DNA of 64,000 bases. Origin: Candidatus Bathyarchaeota archaeon (GTDB lineage Archaea > Thermoproteota > Bathyarchaeia > Bathyarchaeales > Bathycorpusculaceae). This document shows positions 59,530 to 64,000 of the stretch, piece after piece. Under the pieces are notes generated by a model, which was given only the letters and a program-made list of their open reading frames with translations, made no database searches and had not been told where the DNA came from. Numbering within the stretch: the stretch's first letter is position 1; every line of letters begins with the position of its first letter. The DNA lies in contig OY970280.1 in NCBI GenBank assembly GCA_963715865.1, positions 1,216,001 through 1,280,000 on the forward strand, given 5' to 3'. Position numbers and translations under genes: made by a program.

Positions 59530-60546
59530 TTGCAAAGCGAAAACGCCATCGAAACGATTAACCTAACGAAAACATTTAAATCAAAAATTCAAAACTCCGA
59601 AACTGGATTTTTCAAGCGCAAAACCATTTCCGTAAACGCCATTGACAACCTCAACCTTGAGATTAAGAAAGGGGAACTTTTCGGGCTCCTTGGACCGAAC
59701 GGGGCGGGAAAAACAACCCTGGTTAAAATGTTATGCACGCTTCTTCCGCCAGACCATGGGACCGCGTTAATCAATGGTTATGACATAATGAAGGAGCAAA
59801 TGAAAGTTAAGCGGTCACTGGGCACTCTTTTCAGTGTTGGAGAAAGAGGGTTTTTTTGGAGGCTCAACGGTTACCGCAACTTGGAATTCTTCGCCGCGAT
59901 CTACAATGTACCAAGACAAAAACGCCAAGAACGAATAATGGAAGTTTTAAAGCTGGTCGGTTTAGAAAACAGCGCTTTTGACCTGTACCAGAAATATTCG
60001 GGGGGAATGAAAAGAAAACTCTCCCTCGCAAGAACCCTGCTTCCTAACCCGCCCATATTGCTTCTTGATGAGCCTACAACTGGTTTGGATGCTATTTCCG
60101 CGAGAAATATACGGGAATTTGTGAAAAACACTGTTAGCAAGGAATCAGGCAAAACAGTGCTGTATACAACGCATTATATTGAGGAGGCAGCTCAAATCTG
60201 CGATAGAATTGGCATCCTCAAGCAGGGAAAACTAGTTGCTTGCGACACTCCGAACGCTTTGAGGGATAAAATCAAAAAAGAGGAGTTAATCTACCTAATA
60301 GTTGAGGATATAACGCCGGCTCAAATTGAGCAGATGCGTTCTTTTCAAGGTGTAATCAGCATAACGGAAAACAGCGAAGACGACTTGATGCCTAATCAAA
60401 AGGGATTGTGCCTTGAATTGAAAAGCGTTGACCAGTTGCCATCAATCTTCGACTTTTTATTTGAACAAAAAATTAAGCTAGTAAATTTCAAGCGTGAAGA
60501 ACCTACGCTGGAAGATGCGTTTATTGAATTAACTAAGAGGGCGTAA
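59530..60546 (+). CDS. ABC-2 type exporter ATP-binding protein
   Basis: GPNGAGKT, YSGGMKR, LLDEPTTGLD, TTHY. Confidence 0.92.
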   Translation: MQSENAIETINLTKTFKSKIQNSETGFFKRKTISVNAIDNLNLEIKKGELFGLLGPNGAGKTTLVKMLCTLLPPDHGTALINGYDIMKEQMKVKRSLGTLFSVGERGFFWRLNGYRNLEFFAAIYNVPRQKRQERIMEVLKLVGLENSAFDLYQKYSGGMKRKLSLARTLLPNPPILLLDEPTTGLDAISARNIREFVKNTVSKESGKTVLYTTHYIEEAAQICDRIGILKQGKLVACDTPNALRDKIKKEELIYLIVEDITPAQIEQMRSFQGVISITENSEDDLMPNQKGLCLELKSVDQLPSIFDFLFEQKIKLVNFKREEPTLEDAFIELTKRA

Positions 60547-60548
60547 AC

Positions 60549-61340
60549 ATGTTTGATGAACTTGAAAAAATCTATTACTTCATGAAGCGCGACATCATCA
60601 GCTTTTCCACTTACAAGACAAACATGGTCATACTTGTTTTAACTGCGCTTTTCGGCGCGTTGTCATTTGCTTATCTTGGCTCTAACGCGACAATGCAAAG
60701 CGTGCTTCAAATGTACCACATGAACTTAACCACTTACCTGCTTATCGGACTTGCCTTCAACACGTACCTTGGCCAAAGCCTAACCTTGGTCCAGAAAACC
60801 ATCAACCCTTGGGCGCTGGAAGAGGTTTTGGTTTCGCCAACAAGCTTAACAACGTTCATCGTCGGCAGTTCTATTTGGGGATTCATCTGGAGCACTGGAG
60901 TTGTTGTAATCTATCTTGCCGTCGGCGTGTTTATTTTTGGAGTAACTTTGAGCGTTAACATTTTGGGAACCGTGATTGTTTTGGCGTTAGGCATCGGCAC
61001 ATTCATCGGCTTTAGCATGATTGGCGCGGGAATACTGATTTTAACCAAGCAAGGAGATCCTGTGACAGCGCTCATAACCATAGCGACAAGCTTGTTTGGT
61101 AATGTTCTTTTTCCGCCGCAGGTTATGCCGGCTGCGCTGCAAGCGATCTCCTATGTGGTGCCGCAATACTACTTCTTCACATGCATCAGGCTCATGCTTA
61201 CAGGCTGGACAATCCAAATGATCCTTCCAGACCTGCTGATTTTAACGTTAATGTGCGCAATAATTGTTCCGTTAGGATATGCTATTTACGCATTGTGTTT
61301 GAAAACGGCAAGGAAAAACGGAACCCTCTCATGGTTCTAA
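60549..61340 (+). CDS. ABC-2 type exporter permease
   Basis: LEEVLVSP, FPPQVMP, GTLSWF terminus. Confidence 0.88.
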   Translation: MFDELEKIYYFMKRDIISFSTYKTNMVILVLTALFGALSFAYLGSNATMQSVLQMYHMNLTTYLLIGLAFNTYLGQSLTLVQKTINPWALEEVLVSPTSLTTFIVGSSIWGFIWSTGVVVIYLAVGVFIFGVTLSVNILGTVIVLALGIGTFIGFSMIGAGILILTKQGDPVTALITIATSLFGNVLFPPQVMPAALQAISYVVPQYYFFTCIRLMLTGWTIQMILPDLLILTLMCAIIVPLGYAIYALCLKTARKNGTLSWF

Positions 61341-61425
61341 AAACCCTTTTACCATCTGATTAAGCCTTCGCAAATCAGCATTCTATTGAGGCTAAAACTT
61401 GCCAAACAGAACCGACCCCCTCCCC

Positions 61426-61465
61426 CTCTTTTTAGACCTAATTTAATAGCTAAAAAAGAGGTCTA
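61426..61465. terminator. Hairpin-forming T/A-rich segment between convergent genes
   Basis: CTCTTTTTAG/CTAAAAAAGAG and overlapping TAGACCT/AGGTCTA arms. Confidence 0.3.
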
Positions 61466-61482
61466 TCGTTGTTTTGGTTTTA

Positions 61483-63189
61483 TCATCTGTTTAGTTTGCT
61501 GTCGAGTATTTTCTGCAGATTAACTTCGAAAGCAGCCACTGGATTCTCAAGCTTCCACGCCTCAAGCACCAACGGGTTGATTTCGCCGACAACGCCCACG
61601 TCAACGCCGCCAACGATTACCCTGCCAACTCTGCCTTCGATAAAGCTTGGATGAGCGGCTTCTTTTATTTGCCAGTCAACCCCAAAATTGCTTAGGAAAG
61701 CGTCCAGGGCGGATTTTATTTCGGTGAAATTTGCGTTTGCGTGTGCTGTTGCGGCTGAGAGCCATTCTTCGTCTCGCGTTTTAGTCTCTTTAGCCTCATC
61801 CAGCAATGTAACCTTGCCTAGCTCGAATATTTTTTGTGGGAACTCTACGGATTGGTTGTTGCTGAGGAATTCCATTAGGCTTGGCAGCAGCCAGTTGCGC
61901 AGGCACGTCATGGTGACCACTTTGGGGTTGGCAACTTCCACTATCTTGGTTTTTTCTGTGTTCATTTTTTCGAAGAGGCTTTCCTGATTAGTCAATGTGT
62001 ATGTTAATGTTTCTTGGTAGCCTAAACCAATCATAAGTTCGCGTGCGATGTCGATTAGTCGCTGGTCAGGTTTTGCGCGTCCGGTTGTGGGTAGTTCGCG
62101 CCATAGCGGTTCAATGTTGTTGTAGCCGTAAGCGATGGCGGCATCCTCGATTAAATCGACTTGGTGCATTACGTCAATACGGTAGCATGGAACAAGCACG
62201 TCCACGCTGTCTTGTTGGGTTTTTTCGATGCCTAAACCTGCCGTTAACAGAAGCTCAGAAATACGCTGTGCCGAAAGTTTCAGCCCTAGAAGCTTATTTG
62301 TGTATTCAACGCTCAAAGACATGCGCCTGTTGCTAAAGTCAGGTGTTATTACCTTTTTTTCTGGGTACTCTGAGTCTTGTGGGTAATGTATTGTTGCCTT
62401 GTAAGCTTTGCCGCCGCGGTCAATCAGCGCTGAAGTGACAAGGTTAAGCGTGTTAAGCACGGTCTTGTGCATGGTGCCTGTAACTTCCACAAGCAGGTTG
62501 CGTGTTTGCTCGGTGACTTTGCCTAAATTGTTCGAGTTTATGATTGGCGGAAAAGACAACACGTTGCGTTTAGAATCAAACAATATCGGGTAAACAGGGT
62601 GCTTTTTGACTATGTCGCCGTATTCGATGCCTTTTGGGTGGCGCTCAAGGATTTCGGATAGGGTCATGTTTTCTGTAAATCCTAATGGAACAAAGTTTAC
62701 TTCGGTTGGTTTTGCAACCGTGTACTCTAACGGCGCAGTTATCAGGTCTAAATTGTATATTCCGATGGATGTTTTTTGTCGGCTTCTGCCGTAAGTTTTG
62801 TCCAGCTTGTCCTGTTGATGCATGAGTCCGCGGATTATTGCGTCTGTTAGGTGGATGTCTTTTATGGTTGAGCAGCAGATGAACGGGCGGATGTTCCAGA
62901 GTTTTGCGTTAACGTTTACTTCCACAGTTGGTTTTCCCGCGGCATAGTGTTTGGGTCCTTTTTCTTGGTTTAGGTAGCCGCGTAATGCTCGGCTTAAGCC
63001 TTCAACGCTCCAAAGGTCAGGGCGGTTCGTGTCCTTCATTTCAATGCTGACGATGCCTTCGCGTTCATTGTAGAGTTTCACTTCACCCTTGATGAACGCT
63101 AAAATGTCGTCCAGCCTTGCCATGTCACCCTGAAGGCTCATGTTAAGCAAGCGTTCAAGTTCCAAGTATTCAACGTCGATTGTGGGCAT
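61483..63189 (-). CDS. pheT: Phenylalanyl-tRNA synthetase beta subunit
   Basis: NRPDLWS, SFPPIINS, DLIEDAAIAYGY, FELG. Confidence 0.96.
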   Translation of the reverse strand: MPTIDVEYLELERLLNMSLQGDMARLDDILAFIKGEVKLYNEREGIVSIEMKDTNRPDLWSVEGLSRALRGYLNQEKGPKHYAAGKPTVEVNVNAKLWNIRPFICCSTIKDIHLTDAIIRGLMHQQDKLDKTYGRSRQKTSIGIYNLDLITAPLEYTVAKPTEVNFVPLGFTENMTLSEILERHPKGIEYGDIVKKHPVYPILFDSKRNVLSFPPIINSNNLGKVTEQTRNLLVEVTGTMHKTVLNTLNLVTSALIDRGGKAYKATIHYPQDSEYPEKKVITPDFSNRRMSLSVEYTNKLLGLKLSAQRISELLLTAGLGIEKTQQDSVDVLVPCYRIDVMHQVDLIEDAAIAYGYNNIEPLWRELPTTGRAKPDQRLIDIARELMIGLGYQETLTYTLTNQESLFEKMNTEKTKIVEVANPKVVTMTCLRNWLLPSLMEFLSNNQSVEFPQKIFELGKVTLLDEAKETKTRDEEWLSAATAHANANFTEIKSALDAFLSNFGVDWQIKEAAHPSFIEGRVGRVIVGGVDVGVVGEINPLVLEAWKLENPVAAFEVNLQKILDSKLNR

Positions 63190-63190
63190 T

Positions 63191-64000
63191 TTAGGTCACC
63201 TGTTTTCTCCTTAGCCAATCAAGGTCTTGGCTGAAAATCATCCGTATATCATCGATGCCTGCACGCATCATAAACAAGCGGTCAACGCCTAAGCCCCAAG
63301 CGATAACTGGTTCTTTTACGCCGAGGGGCAAGGTGACCTCTGGGCGGAAGATTCCTGAGCCGCCGAATTCTGCCCAGCCGTAGCCTTCCTTGTAGGCGCT
63401 TAGTTCGACGCTGGGTTCTGTGAATGGGAAATAATCTGGTTTGAAGCGGACTTTGTCTGCTCCAGCGATTTCCATGGCGAATTTACCGAGTACACCTAAG
63501 AGGTCTTTTAGGGTTAGGTTTTCATCTATGACTATGCCCTCAACCTGGTTGAATTCAGACAGGTGAGTTTTATCGGTTATTTCTGGTCGGTAAACTCGCG
63601 CGATTGAGAAGTGTTTGCTTGGAACTTCAAATTTTTTGCTCTCAAGTGTCCGAGCGCTGAGGCATGTGCCGTGTCCGCGGAGAATTAAGCGCTGGGCAGT
63701 TAAGAGTGAGTATTTGTATTCCCAGCCTGTTGAGCCTGTTTTCCAGCCGTTCTCATGCGTCTCCTTCACGTGCTCGACGGCTTCTGCGTGTTGGCTTACG
63801 TCGCCGTATTGTGGGTCTTTAACATAGTAGATGTCGCTTGTTTCGCGTGCTGGATGGTCTTGCGGTGTGTAGAGTGCGTCGAAGTTGAAGAAGCTGGTTT
63901 CAACGTTTGTGCCTGTCATTTCTTGGAAGCCGAGGTTTACGAGTTTTGCGCGGACTTCATCGAGGAATTGCAGGTACGGATGCTTTTTTCCAGGCCAAGT
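63191..64000 (-). CDS. pheS: Phenylalanyl-tRNA synthetase alpha subunit (5' part outside window)
   Basis: FNFDALY.PQDHPAR, FNQVEG, YFPFTEPS, AWGLGVDRL; frame open to the window edge. Confidence 0.96.
   Translation of the reverse strand, partial: TWPGKKHPYLQFLDEVRAKLVNLGFQEMTGTNVETSFFNFDALYTPQDHPARETSDIYYVKDPQYGDVSQHAEAVEHVKETHENGWKTGSTGWEYKYSLLTAQRLILRGHGTCLSARTLESKKFEVPSKHFSIARVYRPEITDKTHLSEFNQVEGIVIDENLTLKDLLGVLGKFAMEIAGADKVRFKPDYFPFTEPSVELSAYKEGYGWAEFGGSGIFRPEVTLPLGVKEPVIAWGLGVDRLFMMRAGIDDIRMIFSQDLDWLRRKQVT

Noticed and set aside
36840-61340. Three ABC-2 exporter pairs as a single system
   Set aside because: They are dispersed and dissimilar, and no linked biosynthetic or precursor-peptide genes were seen.

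Overview
Archaeal chromosomal window, most consistent with Bathyarchaeia (TACK). This assignment is inferred from gene content: mch, DUF1512, fibrillarin/Nop5, archaeal TpiA/TrpRS/PheRS, Kelch-Ig surface protein, TrmB-CBS regulator and several GT-C glycosyltransferases. It holds about 70 protein genes, a two-intron tRNA-Trp and a stand-alone 5S rRNA. I found no CRISPR array, integrase or transposase. Most genes are housekeeping or metabolic (lig, trxA, nadA, galT, tpiA, rnhB, flpA, nop5, pyrB, mdh, map, trpS, pheS/T). Main points of interest: (1) a wHTH + ATP-cone + class III ribonucleotide reductase (NrdD)-like fusion that lacks the glycyl-radical Gly and the catalytic Cys residues, a candidate nucleotide-sensing pseudoenzyme transcription factor; (2) three paralogous Pol-beta-type nucleotidyltransferases clustered with citG and mch, a candidate route for the late steps of methanopterin side-chain synthesis; (3) a tRNA-Trp with a C/D-guide-type intron plus a non-canonical 43/44 intron; (4) a Cys-rich HgcC-like AbrB protein coupled to arsM without hgcAB; (5) a NikR operator and Ni locus, a cluster of Zn-finger microproteins (one missing from the ORF track), and an SRPBCC gene with an in-frame UGA inside a 12-bp hairpin. 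All family calls come from motif recognition by eye; no database searches were run.
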